Shown here piece by piece: positions 9,977 to 18,957 of a stretch of 64,000 bases of DNA; within the stretch, counting starts at the first letter, position 1, and each line of letters starts with the position of its first letter. Origin of the DNA: an uncultured Planctomycetia bacterium (lineage in GTDB: Bacteria > Omnitrophota > Gorgyraeia > Tantalellales > Tantalellaceae); the NCBI GenBank assembly GCA_964527555.1, contig CAZGOG010000004.1, positions 10,593-74,592 on the forward strand. The letters are read 5' to 3'. Under the pieces are notes generated by a model. That model made no database searches and was not told where the DNA came from. It was given only the letters and a program-made list of their open reading frames with translations. The translations under genes were made by a program, and so were the position numbers.

Positions 9977-10933
9977 ATGGCTATTACCCTTGATTTCGAA
10001 AAACCTATAATAGAGCTCGAGACAAAGATCGAAGAGCTCAAGAAGTTTACCAGGGATGAACATATTGATCTTTCCGATGAGATAATCAGGCTCAATGAGA
10101 GGCTGGAGAAGCTCAGGAAAGAGGTATTTCATAACCTTACTTCCTGGCAGAAAGTGCAGCTTTCACGGCATCCGGACAGGCCCTATACGCTTAATTATAT
10201 CGACATGATCACAGAAGATTTCATGGAGATCCATGGTGACCGCCATTTTTCTGACGATAAAGCCCTTATAGGGGGGCTGGCCAGGATCGGCGGACAGAAA
10301 CTCATGATCCTGGGACATCAAAAAGGCCGTGAGACCAAAGAGAACCTTGAAAGGAATTTCGGTTGCGCTCACCCCGAGGGATACCGCAAAGCCATGCGTC
10401 TTATGAGAATGGCTGAAAAATATAATATACCGGTAGTTGCTTTTATAGATACCCCCGGCGCTTATCCCGGTATAGGCGCTGAGGAACGCGGGCAAGCCGA
10501 GGCGATAGCTTACAACCTTAGGGGAATGGCGGGGCTTAAAGTGCCCATACTCGTATTTGTCATCGGTGAGGGAGGTTCCGGCGGAGCCCTCGGAATAGGC
10601 ATAGGGGATAGGATATTTGTCTTGGAGAACGCCTATTATTCCGTGATCTCACCGGAAGGCTGCGCCGCGATACTGTGGAGGGAGCCTTCAAAAGCCTCTG
10701 CTGCGGCTAAGTGCCTCAGGCTGACAGCGCCGGAACTGCTCGAGCTGGGTATAATCGACGGGATAATACCTGAGCCTCTCGGGGGTGCTCACAGAAATCC
10801 CGTTCTTGCGGCAAACGAGATAAAAAAGGTCATAGACAAAAACCTTAAAGAGCTCTCAAAGCTTTCGGAAGATGAACTTCTTGATGCCAGGTACAGAAAA
10901 TACAGGAGTATCGGCGTATATGACGAGGGGTGA
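9977..10933 (+). CDS. accA: Acetyl-CoA carboxylase carboxyltransferase alpha
   Basis: [45 protein letters not shown]. Confidence 0.97.
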   Translation: MAITLDFEKPIIELETKIEELKKFTRDEHIDLSDEIIRLNERLEKLRKEVFHNLTSWQKVQLSRHPDRPYTLNYIDMITEDFMEIHGDRHFSDDKALIGGLARIGGQKLMILGHQKGRETKENLERNFGCAHPEGYRKAMRLMRMAEKYNIPVVAFIDTPGAYPGIGAEERGQAEAIAYNLRGMAGLKVPILVFVIGEGGSGGALGIGIGDRIFVLENAYYSVISPEGCAAILWREPSKASAAAKCLRLTAPELLELGIIDGIIPEPLGGAHRNPVLAANEIKKVIDKNLKELSKLSEDELLDARYRKYRSIGVYDEG

Positions 10934-10943
10934 TTTTAAAGAC

Positions 10944-11351
10944 ATGAAAACCACTATTGATAACGACAGTCATCTGCTCAAAGAAGTGAGTAAAAAACTC
11001 ATAAGCACGCTTCGGGCGCATAAAGTCAGGGAAGATATTATCTTTGATATTCATGTAGGTTTTGAGGAAGCCCTTCGCAATGCCATGATACATGGGAACA
11101 AGCAGGATCCCGGCAAAAAAGTGGTTGTTGAGACGGATATTATAGAAAACGCCGTGGTGATATCGGTAGAAGACGAGGGAGAAGGGTTCGATCCGAAAAA
11201 ACTGCCGGATCCCACGCTTGATGAGAACATTCTTAAGGAAGGCGGCCGCGGGGTCTATCTTATAAACCATCTTATGGACGAGGTCAAATATGAAAATGGC
11301 GGAAGAAGAGTTGTTATGATAAAATATTTTAATAAAAATGCCAACAAATGA
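10944..11351 (+). CDS. RsbW/SpoIIAB-like Ser/Thr kinase (HATPase_c)
   Basis: EALRNAMIHGN, VEDEGEGFD, GGRGVYLINHLMD; start taken at ATG 10944 after the accA stop. Confidence 0.9.
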   Translation: MKTTIDNDSHLLKEVSKKLISTLRAHKVREDIIFDIHVGFEEALRNAMIHGNKQDPGKKVVVETDIIENAVVISVEDEGEGFDPKKLPDPTLDENILKEGGRGVYLINHLMDEVKYENGGRRVVMIKYFNKNANK

Positions 11352-11363
11352 CGGAGGCAGGAG

Positions 11364-11696
11364 ATGCAGATCAATCTGGAAAAGAAAGGCGAGGTATCGG
11401 TTTTTAAGGTCACCGGTGACATCGATATCGAAAGCGCACCTCAGGTAAAAAAGACCTTTGATAAAGCGATTACTTCAGCCAGTAAACAGGTCGTGATAAA
11501 CCTGCAGGAAGTCAGTTACGTGGACAGCTCCGGGCTTGCCACGCTGGTTGAGATCCTGAAAAACATGCGCAGCCACGGAGGAAAGCTGAAACTGGCCAAT
11601 CTTTCCGCCAAGGTAAAGGGGCTTTTTGAGATAACCAAACTGGATAAACTGTTTGATATCGCTCAAAGCGAAGAAGAAGCTATTAATTCTTTCTGA
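11364..11696 (+). CDS. STAS-domain anti-anti-sigma-like protein (RsbV/SpoIIAA-like; possible MlaB)
   Basis: GDID, YVDSSGLATL with the phospho-acceptor Ser, LFEITKLD. Confidence 0.9.
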   Translation: MQINLEKKGEVSVFKVTGDIDIESAPQVKKTFDKAITSASKQVVINLQEVSYVDSSGLATLVEILKNMRSHGGKLKLANLSAKVKGLFEITKLDKLFDIAQSEEEAINSF

Positions 11697-11737
11697 TTTA
11701 GGGTAAACTAATAGCAATATTATTAGAAAAGAAAACT

Positions 11738-12535
11738 ATGAAGAATCCGATAAGTGTCGTAGGAAGTATAGCGATCAGGCTCGTTAAGAGCATCACGGAC
11801 ATACTGGCGCTTTTGTGTAATACGATCATATGGATAATAATGGGGCCCCTTAAGGGCAAGGCGGCCAGCCGGCAGAGTATTTTCCAGCAGATGGTCTTTG
11901 CGGGAGTGCAGTCCGTTGTCATTGTCTTTTTCGTGTCGTTTTTTACCGGTATAGTCATAGCCATGCAGAGCGCCTATCAGCTTAAACAGCTGGGCGCGAT
12001 AATTTACGTGGCTCCCATGGTCAGCATAAGTCTGGCCAGGGAACTGGGGCCGGTCTTCACCGCACTGGTTGTAACCGGCAGAGTCGGCTCGGCGATAACG
12101 GCGGAGCTGGGGACCATGAAAGTCTCCGAGCAGATCGAGGCCCTTGAGACTTTGGCGCTCGATCCCGTAAGGTTCCTTGTGGTGCCGCGCTTTTTAGCGC
12201 TTCTGGTGATGCTTCCGTGTCTTACGATCATGAGCGATATCGTCGGCATACTGGGCGGCCTTCTTGTCGGCGTGTTCAACCTTCAGATCAACCCCTACAG
12301 GTACATAACTTTTTCTTTTGATTTCATGACATGGAAGGACGTATGGACGGGTCTGGTGAAAAGCGGAGTATTTGCGGTTATAATTTCCATGGTGGCCTGC
12401 CACGTGGGGCTTGAGACGCGCGGCGGCGCCGAGGGCGTAGGAAGATCCACGACGCTGAGCGTCGTTATCAGTTTTATAATGATCATTGTTTTTGATTGTC
12501 TCTTGACGGGACTGTTTTATTTTTCAAACGTATAA
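11738..12535 (+). CDS. mlaE: MlaE-family ABC permease
   Basis: RELGPVFTAL...GRVGSAITAELGTMKVSEQIEAL, GGAEGVG. Confidence 0.92.
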   Translation: MKNPISVVGSIAIRLVKSITDILALLCNTIIWIIMGPLKGKAASRQSIFQQMVFAGVQSVVIVFFVSFFTGIVIAMQSAYQLKQLGAIIYVAPMVSISLARELGPVFTALVVTGRVGSAITAELGTMKVSEQIEALETLALDPVRFLVVPRFLALLVMLPCLTIMSDIVGILGGLLVGVFNLQINPYRYITFSFDFMTWKDVWTGLVKSGVFAVIISMVACHVGLETRGGAEGVGRSTTLSVVISFIMIIVFDCLLTGLFYFSNV

Positions 12536-12550
12536 ATATTTCAGGAAAAT

Positions 12551-13351
12551 ATGGAAGAAAGAGAAGTTGTAGTAGAAGTCAAGGATCTGGTAAAAAAGTT
12601 CGGCGAAAGGACCGTTTTAAACGGGGTCGACCTCAAAGTATACAGGGGAGAGACCTTTGTTATCATGGGCGGCTCCGGCTGCGGTAAAAGCACGCTGCTG
12701 CGTCATATGATAGGAAGCCTCAAGGCCACCAGCGGAAGGGTTATCTTGCTTGGCGAGGATATCACGGATCTATACGACTCCCAGCTCGATGATGTCCGCA
12801 AGAAAATAGGAATGTCGTTTCAGTCTTCCGCGCTTTTCGATTCGATGACGGTAGCTGAAAACGTAAGCCTGGCGCTTAGGGAACACACGAAACTGGAAAG
12901 GAGCGTCATCGATATCGTGGTAAAGATGAAGCTCGAACTCGTGGGCCTGAGGGGCTTTGAGGACCTTATGCCCAGCGAGCTTTCCGGCGGTATGAGAAAA
13001 AGAGTGGGCCTGGCCCGGGCCATAGCGATGGATCCCGAGATAATTTTTTATGACGAGCCTACCGCGGGACTCGATCCTATCGTGGCGGCTGTGATAGACA
13101 AGCTTATAATAGATCTTTCCAAGAAAATGGCCATAACAAGCGTCGTGGTCACGCATGACATGAAGAGCGTAATGGCTATAGCGGACAGGATAGCCATGCT
13201 TTATGAAGGCAAAGTCCTCGAGACGGGGACGCCTTATGAGATACAGAATTCCGCAAACGAGATGGTCCAGCAGTTCATAAACGGCAACCATGACGGGCCG
13301 ATACGGTTTTTCCAGCAGAAAGATGATTATCTGGAACACTTAACCCAGTAA
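12551..13351 (+). CDS. mlaF: MlaF/Mkl-family ABC ATPase
   Basis: GGSGCGKS, ALFDSMTV, LSGGMRKRVGLARA, YDEPTAGLDP. Confidence 0.92.
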   Translation: MEEREVVVEVKDLVKKFGERTVLNGVDLKVYRGETFVIMGGSGCGKSTLLRHMIGSLKATSGRVILLGEDITDLYDSQLDDVRKKIGMSFQSSALFDSMTVAENVSLALREHTKLERSVIDIVVKMKLELVGLRGFEDLMPSELSGGMRKRVGLARAIAMDPEIIFYDEPTAGLDPIVAAVIDKLIIDLSKKMAITSVVVTHDMKSVMAIADRIAMLYEGKVLETGTPYEIQNSANEMVQQFINGNHDGPIRFFQQKDDYLEHLTQ

Positions 13352-13375
13352 AACGGTATAAAAAGGAGAGAAATC

Positions 13376-13972
13376 ATGAGATTGTCCAACGAAATAAAAG
13401 CAGGTTTTGTTGTTGTGGTAGCGATCGCTATCGGGGTGTTCTTTTTTGCCAAGACCGCCACTTTCATGGCCCAGACGTATGACCTGAAGACGTTTTTCGG
13501 GTATGCGGGCAATCTCAAACCCGATGCGATAGTAAAACTTGCCGGGGTCGAAGTCGGGAGGGTGAAAACCATAGACTTTGTATATGATCCCGAGACAAGG
13601 GTGGAATGCCTGCTTGAATTAGACGTGAGCGCCAGGGTCCGGAAAGACTCCCTGGCTTATGTGGCTACCTCCGGGTTTGTGGGGGATGCGTACGTCGGCC
13701 TTACGTCGGGAAGTGCCGATGAGTTTATGGTCCCCGGAAGCACCGTGGAGAGCGAAGATCCTATCGAGATGCGCCTCTTAATGAAAAAAGCCGAGGATAT
13801 TGCAAACAACCTTGACAGCATACTCGTCCAGATAAAGGGGGTTGTCACGGATAACCGGCAGAACATGGATAATATCGTGGTTAACCTCGAAAAGACTACG
13901 GAGAACTTCAAAGAGTTCAGCGAAGACGTCAAAAAGAATCCATGGAAGCTCCTTTTTAAACCCAAAGACTAG
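13376..13972 (+). CDS. mlaD: MlaD/MCE-domain protein
   Basis: N-terminal TM, VKLAGVEVGRV, GFVGDAYV, C-terminal helix ending NPWKLL. Confidence 0.9.
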   Translation: MRLSNEIKAGFVVVVAIAIGVFFFAKTATFMAQTYDLKTFFGYAGNLKPDAIVKLAGVEVGRVKTIDFVYDPETRVECLLELDVSARVRKDSLAYVATSGFVGDAYVGLTSGSADEFMVPGSTVESEDPIEMRLLMKKAEDIANNLDSILVQIKGVVTDNRQNMDNIVVNLEKTTENFKEFSEDVKKNPWKLLFKPKD

Positions 13973-13989
13973 TATACGAAAGGACTGAT

Positions 13990-14781
13990 ATGAAAAAACT
14001 TTTGCTGTTATTAGTATGCCTCGCTTTGTCTATAGGCTTGACCAGCGCTTACGCGCTGGATGAAAAAGTTGTCGTCGTATCGCATGACGGGGACGTAAAA
14101 GTCATTCCTGCCGGCCAGGCACAGGCGATTGCGTGCCAGAACGGAATGCTGCTGAAAGAGGGCAGCCGCGTGATCACCGGCAAGGCTTCCTATGTCACGA
14201 TAGCTTTTGATAAAGCCGGGCGCAATCTTGTGAAAATAAAAGAAAACACCGAAGTAGTCATAAAACTTGACGGCTCCGACAAGATAGAGCTTGTTGACGG
14301 CGTGGTCTTTGCTCTTTTGCAAAAACTTGACCGGGGCGAGACGTTCCGCGTGAGAACGCCCTGCGCGGTCTGCGGCGCAAGAGGAACGGCCTGGATGACG
14401 GAGACGAACGGCTTAGTCACATATGTAGGCGTTTTCGGAAGCAACGTCTTTGCAAGCGGTATCAATAAAGACGGCTCCGTTATGGAGAAGAAATACTGGG
14501 TGAAAAACGGATACCAGAGGATGATAGAGAAGTTCAAAGATCCGGGTGATGAAAAGAAGGTGCCTGAAGACACGCTTAAAAAATGGAAGAAAGAATTCGG
14601 CCTTGGGGAAAAAGGCAGGAAAGACAAGGAAAAAGGTTTCTGGGGCGGCACAAACTACCGCGAGAAGCAGATAAACACGCTCGAGGACCGTAAAAGCAGG
14701 GAAGAAGTAGAAGAAGAGCAAGAGGAGAAAGATAAACATAACCGTAAATACACCGGTTACGGATTTACTACGGGAACGTAA
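13990..14781 (+). CDS. Secreted FecR-domain protein (paralog 1)
   Basis: Signal peptide (AYA); G-x-R-V-I-T-G, ENT, FRVRTPCAVCGARGT. Confidence 0.8.
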   Translation: MKKLLLLLVCLALSIGLTSAYALDEKVVVVSHDGDVKVIPAGQAQAIACQNGMLLKEGSRVITGKASYVTIAFDKAGRNLVKIKENTEVVIKLDGSDKIELVDGVVFALLQKLDRGETFRVRTPCAVCGARGTAWMTETNGLVTYVGVFGSNVFASGINKDGSVMEKKYWVKNGYQRMIEKFKDPGDEKKVPEDTLKKWKKEFGLGEKGRKDKEKGFWGGTNYREKQINTLEDRKSREEVEEEQEEKDKHNRKYTGYGFTTGT

Positions 14782-14790
14782 CAGCGCGTA

Positions 14791-15825
14791 ATGAGATTTG
14801 ATATAAAGAAAATTCTGATCTTACTAGTGTATATCGCCTCGGTTATCTGGGGAGGATGCTCTTCTCATGCCGCGGAAGAGGCGGTCGTAGTTATCTCTTA
14901 CGCGGGGGATGTAAAAGTAATCCCTCCTTCCAGCACGGAAAAGGTGGCGTGTAAACCGGGTATGATCCTCAAGGAAGGCACCCGTGTTGTTACGGGAAAA
15001 GAATCATACTTAAAGATAGCTTTCGACAGGTCCGAACGAAACGTTGTAAAAATAGAAGAAAACAGCGAAGTAGTCATAAAGCTTGACGGTGACGACAAGA
15101 TAGAGCTTGTAGACGGAAAGGTTTTTGCTTCACTACAGGACATTAAAAAAGGCGAGACGTTTCGCATAAGGACTCCTTGCGCCACTTGCGGCGCAAGGGG
15201 CACAGGATGGCTTACCGAAACGGACGGATCGACAATGAATGTGTCTGTTTACGAAGGTACCGTCTTTGTGCGCGGCATGAATAAAGACGGTACTGTCATG
15301 GAGAAAGAGTATTTAGTCAAAGAAGGATTTCAGAGGAAAGTTAATATATTCAAACGCCCGGAAAAGCCGATAAAGATCCCGGAGCGGAAGTTCACGCAGA
15401 TAAAAGACGGGGCTAGAGGCATAGTGGGGGTCAGACATCCGGCAAAGGAAGGGGCGAATCCCCTCGTAGATGTCCCCAGGGAACTGATTACAGAGGTCAT
15501 CAAGGATACTGAGGGGCTTATTGGACTTCGCAGGGAGCCGGAAGAGCCGGCACTTAAAGAGATTGAGAAGCCGGAAGTTATAGAAGTCGACAGGACCGAG
15601 TTAATTGAGAGGATCGAAAGTTCAGGTGCCGTGACGGATAAACTGGAAAGAATAGAGACTTTTGAAAAACCGGAATTTTTTGAAAGGCCTGAAGTCTTCG
15701 GAAGGGACGAAAGGCCCGAAAAACCCGAAAGACCCGAAATGCCGCCGAGAGACGAAAGATTCAACAAAATAGAGAGGCCCCGGGTACTGGACTCTAATTT
15801 AAGGGATAAAATAAATACAAGGTAA
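14791..15825 (+). CDS. Secreted FecR-domain protein (paralog 2) with Glu/Arg/Pro-rich tail
   Basis: Signal peptide; FRIRTPCATCGARGT; closely similar to 13990 over about 180 aa; ERPE/EKPE repeats. Confidence 0.8.
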   Translation: MRFDIKKILILLVYIASVIWGGCSSHAAEEAVVVISYAGDVKVIPPSSTEKVACKPGMILKEGTRVVTGKESYLKIAFDRSERNVVKIEENSEVVIKLDGDDKIELVDGKVFASLQDIKKGETFRIRTPCATCGARGTGWLTETDGSTMNVSVYEGTVFVRGMNKDGTVMEKEYLVKEGFQRKVNIFKRPEKPIKIPERKFTQIKDGARGIVGVRHPAKEGANPLVDVPRELITEVIKDTEGLIGLRREPEEPALKEIEKPEVIEVDRTELIERIESSGAVTDKLERIETFEKPEFFERPEVFGRDERPEKPERPEMPPRDERFNKIERPRVLDSNLRDKINTR

Positions 15826-15850
15826 CGAGATAAAAAGAAGGGGGAGACAG

Positions 15851-16912
15851 GTGACTATAAAATATAATCGCATATTGAAGCTTCCCGTTATAATAACTCT
15901 GATTCTGGCAGTTTTTGTATTTTTCCCGGTACCAGAAGCTGTAGCTATTGACGAACAGATAACCGACAGGTACCCGTCGGCTACCGCGTCTCCCAAACAG
16001 AAGATAAAAGAAGCGGGAGAGGAATATGTATACGAACCTGAAACACGCACGAGTTTCACCGGTTATGTGGATATGCAGGGCGGGTACGACAATAACGTGG
16101 ATCTTGACTCCCAGAGGAATAAGGACGGGTTTATCCAGACCACGGCTAACGTGGATATTGCGTATGAACAGACGGAAAACTTAAAACTAAGGACCGGTCT
16201 CGATCTTTTTAATTCCACCTATTTTAATTACAACAGAAACAATCTCTTAGACACTTCCCCGTACATCGGGTTTGATTACAAGTTTGCTCCGAATATAATC
16301 TCCAAGAACCGGATCATATTCGATTATTACTGGTTCCCGACGGAGGAGGAAGACACTTTTTATGGGCCCGCACTTTCGACGTCTCTGAGGCATTATTTCG
16401 CGAATAATTTTTTCCAGGAAGCCGGCTTTGAATACCTGTGGAGATGGTATACGAAGCAGAAGGTGGTCCTTTCCAACCTTTCAACGGGGTCCGATAAACG
16501 TTACGACAGCCGTTACAGGGTGCAGTATACCGTAGGATACTACTCGAACCGTTTTATCGCAAAACTCAGGAACGAGTTCAGCCAGAACAACTCCAACTAT
16601 GAATACGAAAACTATTATGATTACTGGCGCTGGAGGGTTAAGCCGTCGGTAATGTTCTTTTTTACGGATAAGTTTTATACGGACGTTAGTTTGATTTACA
16701 GGTATACCGATTACAGCGATCGCCTGGCGACGGATAATGCCAGCGAGAAAGTTCACAATAACACTTATATAATTAACGCCTCGTTCTATTACGATATTAC
16801 CAAGGATATTACCTGGGGCATTACGTATTCCTACAGCGAGAACCTTTCTAACGACCCGTATGAGAAATATTCCGGCAGCGTCGTGACCAGCGGTATTTAT
16901 TACAGCTTTTAG
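15851..16912 (+). CDS. Outer-membrane beta-barrel protein
   Basis: Signal peptide, GGYDNNV, Tyr-rich alternating strands, C-terminal GIYYSF BAM signal; GTG start after GGGGAG. Confidence 0.8.
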   Translation: MTIKYNRILKLPVIITLILAVFVFFPVPEAVAIDEQITDRYPSATASPKQKIKEAGEEYVYEPETRTSFTGYVDMQGGYDNNVDLDSQRNKDGFIQTTANVDIAYEQTENLKLRTGLDLFNSTYFNYNRNNLLDTSPYIGFDYKFAPNIISKNRIIFDYYWFPTEEEDTFYGPALSTSLRHYFANNFFQEAGFEYLWRWYTKQKVVLSNLSTGSDKRYDSRYRVQYTVGYYSNRFIAKLRNEFSQNNSNYEYENYYDYWRWRVKPSVMFFFTDKFYTDVSLIYRYTDYSDRLATDNASEKVHNNTYIINASFYYDITKDITWGITYSYSENLSNDPYEKYSGSVVTSGIYYSF

Positions 16913-17030
16913 CTTTATATAAACTTTGCAGTAGGATGAGCGCCTTGCCGGTATGTATGGGTTTTCAGTTATCCCTTTCACCGGGACCGACCGGCAAGCC
17001 GGCTAAATGAGAGATCCTGACTAAGAGCCG

Positions 17031-18944
17031 ATGAATAAATTCGATAAAAATAGAATAACTTATTTTGCTTTAGGGGCTTTTTTAATAGCACTCTTTCTTT
17101 TCTTTTCCTATTCCAGGGTATTCGACGAGTTCGAGTACAGTACCCTTGACCTCAGGTACAGGCTCCGGCCTCCCCAGCCCGTCAGTAAAGACATAATAAT
17201 CGTCGAGGTAGGAGACGATTCCATAGAAAAAATAGGCCAGTGGCCTTTTCCCCGTAATTACCACGCGCTTTTGACCAAAGCACTCAGTGTTTCCGGCGCG
17301 CGCACGATCGTTTTTGATATCTTTTTCAGCGAAGAAAAAGAGAAAGACGCGGATTTTGCGGAAGCCATCAAAGCATCCGGGAGGGTATACCTGCCTTATG
17401 TTTTTGAGCCGGACAGAAACCCATCCGATAGGACCTGCCTCCATGCCATTGGCTATGCCGCACCACTTATAGAAGTGCTGAAGAAGGAAGCCAAAGGCAC
17501 GGGGTTTATAAACGTTGAGCCGGACATAGACGGGAAGATACGCCGTATACCTCCTTTTATCGAATATAAGGGTGAGTTTTACCCGCATTTAACGGTACTG
17601 GCCGCACTTAACAATCTTGGGTATTCGTTCAGTGACGTGCAGATAATTCCCGGCAAGAAAATAATAGTAAGCGGAAGTATGGTGATCCCTTTAGATGAAG
17701 ACTCTTCTCTTTTAGTCGATTATCCGGCAGTCTGGGGCAAAGCTTTCCGTCATTATTCTTATGTGGATGTACTCCAGTCGTATCTTGCGGACATAACCGG
17801 GCAGGAACCGGTGTTGGACCTGAGTGTATTCAAGGACGCAGTGTGTTTTATCGGTATGACGGCGACCGCCTCTCCCGATGCGCACCCCTCGCCGCTGGAG
17901 CCGCTCTATGCGGGTATAGGGGTCCATACCAGCGTTTACAACAGTATAATCGAAAATATCTTCCTGCGCAGACTTAACAGATGGGGCAATCTCCTTATCC
18001 TTGTCTTTATGTGGTTTTTGACGGCCCACGTGACGGTGAGAAGCCGTAAGAGGTTTGCGCTCTTTTCCATCCTGCTTATTATGGCGGTATATATTATCCT
18101 GGCGGTACTTCTTTTCTGGCCGCTGGGCCTGTGGATAGACGTTTTCTATCCGCTTATCACGATGGCCGCGGTTTACGTTATTTTCACGTTTAAAAAATAT
18201 ATAGGTGAGATCCAGAAAAGGGAGATCATTGAAAAAGAGCTTGATATCGCCAAAGACATTCAGCAGAGCTTTCTGCCGTCAGAAGTGCCGACTGTCGGAG
18301 GCATGGATGTGAAAGTCGAGATGCTGACGGCGCGCCAGGTCGGCGGTGATCTTTATGACATAATCCAGCTGGATGATAAAAAACTGGGAGTCATGATAGG
18401 GGATGTTTCCGGAAAAGGCGTACCCGCGGCTCTTTATATGGCAAGGGTCGTAAGCGTCTTTAAAACTTTTGTAAGGGAAGGGGCGCCTTCTGTGGTCCTT
18501 AAAAAGGTCAATGAAAGGCTTGTAAGTGAAGCCGGCAGTAATCTTTTCGTGACTGTTACATACATGATCTTCGATTCTGAAAAGAATACCACCACCTTTT
18601 CCATCGGCGGACACCTGCCGACACTTCTTATTGAACCTGACGGGGGAGTGGAACTCTTGGACGTATCTGAAGGTATGCCGCTGGGTATGATAGAAGGCGA
18701 TTTCGGTTCCGGCGAAAGAGAGTATAGACCGGGGAGCATCTTCGTCCTTTATACCGATGGTGTCACCGAGGCGATGAATATAAAAAACGAGATGTTCGGC
18801 GAGGAACGCCTGGTCGAGCTGGCCAGGAGTTTGAAAGGTTTCTCATCTGAAGACGTAGTCAAGGTTCTGCATAAAGCGGTTTTGGACTTTGCGGGAAAAG
18901 CAAAACAGCACGATGATATAACTGTAATGGCCATAAAGATTTAG
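17031..18944 (+). CDS. CHASE2 sensor fused to SpoIIE/RsbU-type PP2C phosphatase
   Basis: IGQWPFPR, FDIFF, DIDGKIRR (CHASE2); 3 TM; VGGDLYD, GDVSGKGVPAAL, YTDGVTEA, DDIT. Confidence 0.92.
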   Translation: MNKFDKNRITYFALGAFLIALFLFFSYSRVFDEFEYSTLDLRYRLRPPQPVSKDIIIVEVGDDSIEKIGQWPFPRNYHALLTKALSVSGARTIVFDIFFSEEKEKDADFAEAIKASGRVYLPYVFEPDRNPSDRTCLHAIGYAAPLIEVLKKEAKGTGFINVEPDIDGKIRRIPPFIEYKGEFYPHLTVLAALNNLGYSFSDVQIIPGKKIIVSGSMVIPLDEDSSLLVDYPAVWGKAFRHYSYVDVLQSYLADITGQEPVLDLSVFKDAVCFIGMTATASPDAHPSPLEPLYAGIGVHTSVYNSIIENIFLRRLNRWGNLLILVFMWFLTAHVTVRSRKRFALFSILLIMAVYIILAVLLFWPLGLWIDVFYPLITMAAVYVIFTFKKYIGEIQKREIIEKELDIAKDIQQSFLPSEVPTVGGMDVKVEMLTARQVGGDLYDIIQLDDKKLGVMIGDVSGKGVPAALYMARVVSVFKTFVREGAPSVVLKKVNERLVSEAGSNLFVTVTYMIFDSEKNTTTFSIGGHLPTLLIEPDGGVELLDVSEGMPLGMIEGDFGSGEREYRPGSIFVLYTDGVTEAMNIKNEMFGEERLVELARSLKGFSSEDVVKVLHKAVLDFAGKAKQHDDITVMAIKI

Positions 18945-18957
18945 AAAGAGGGAGGAG

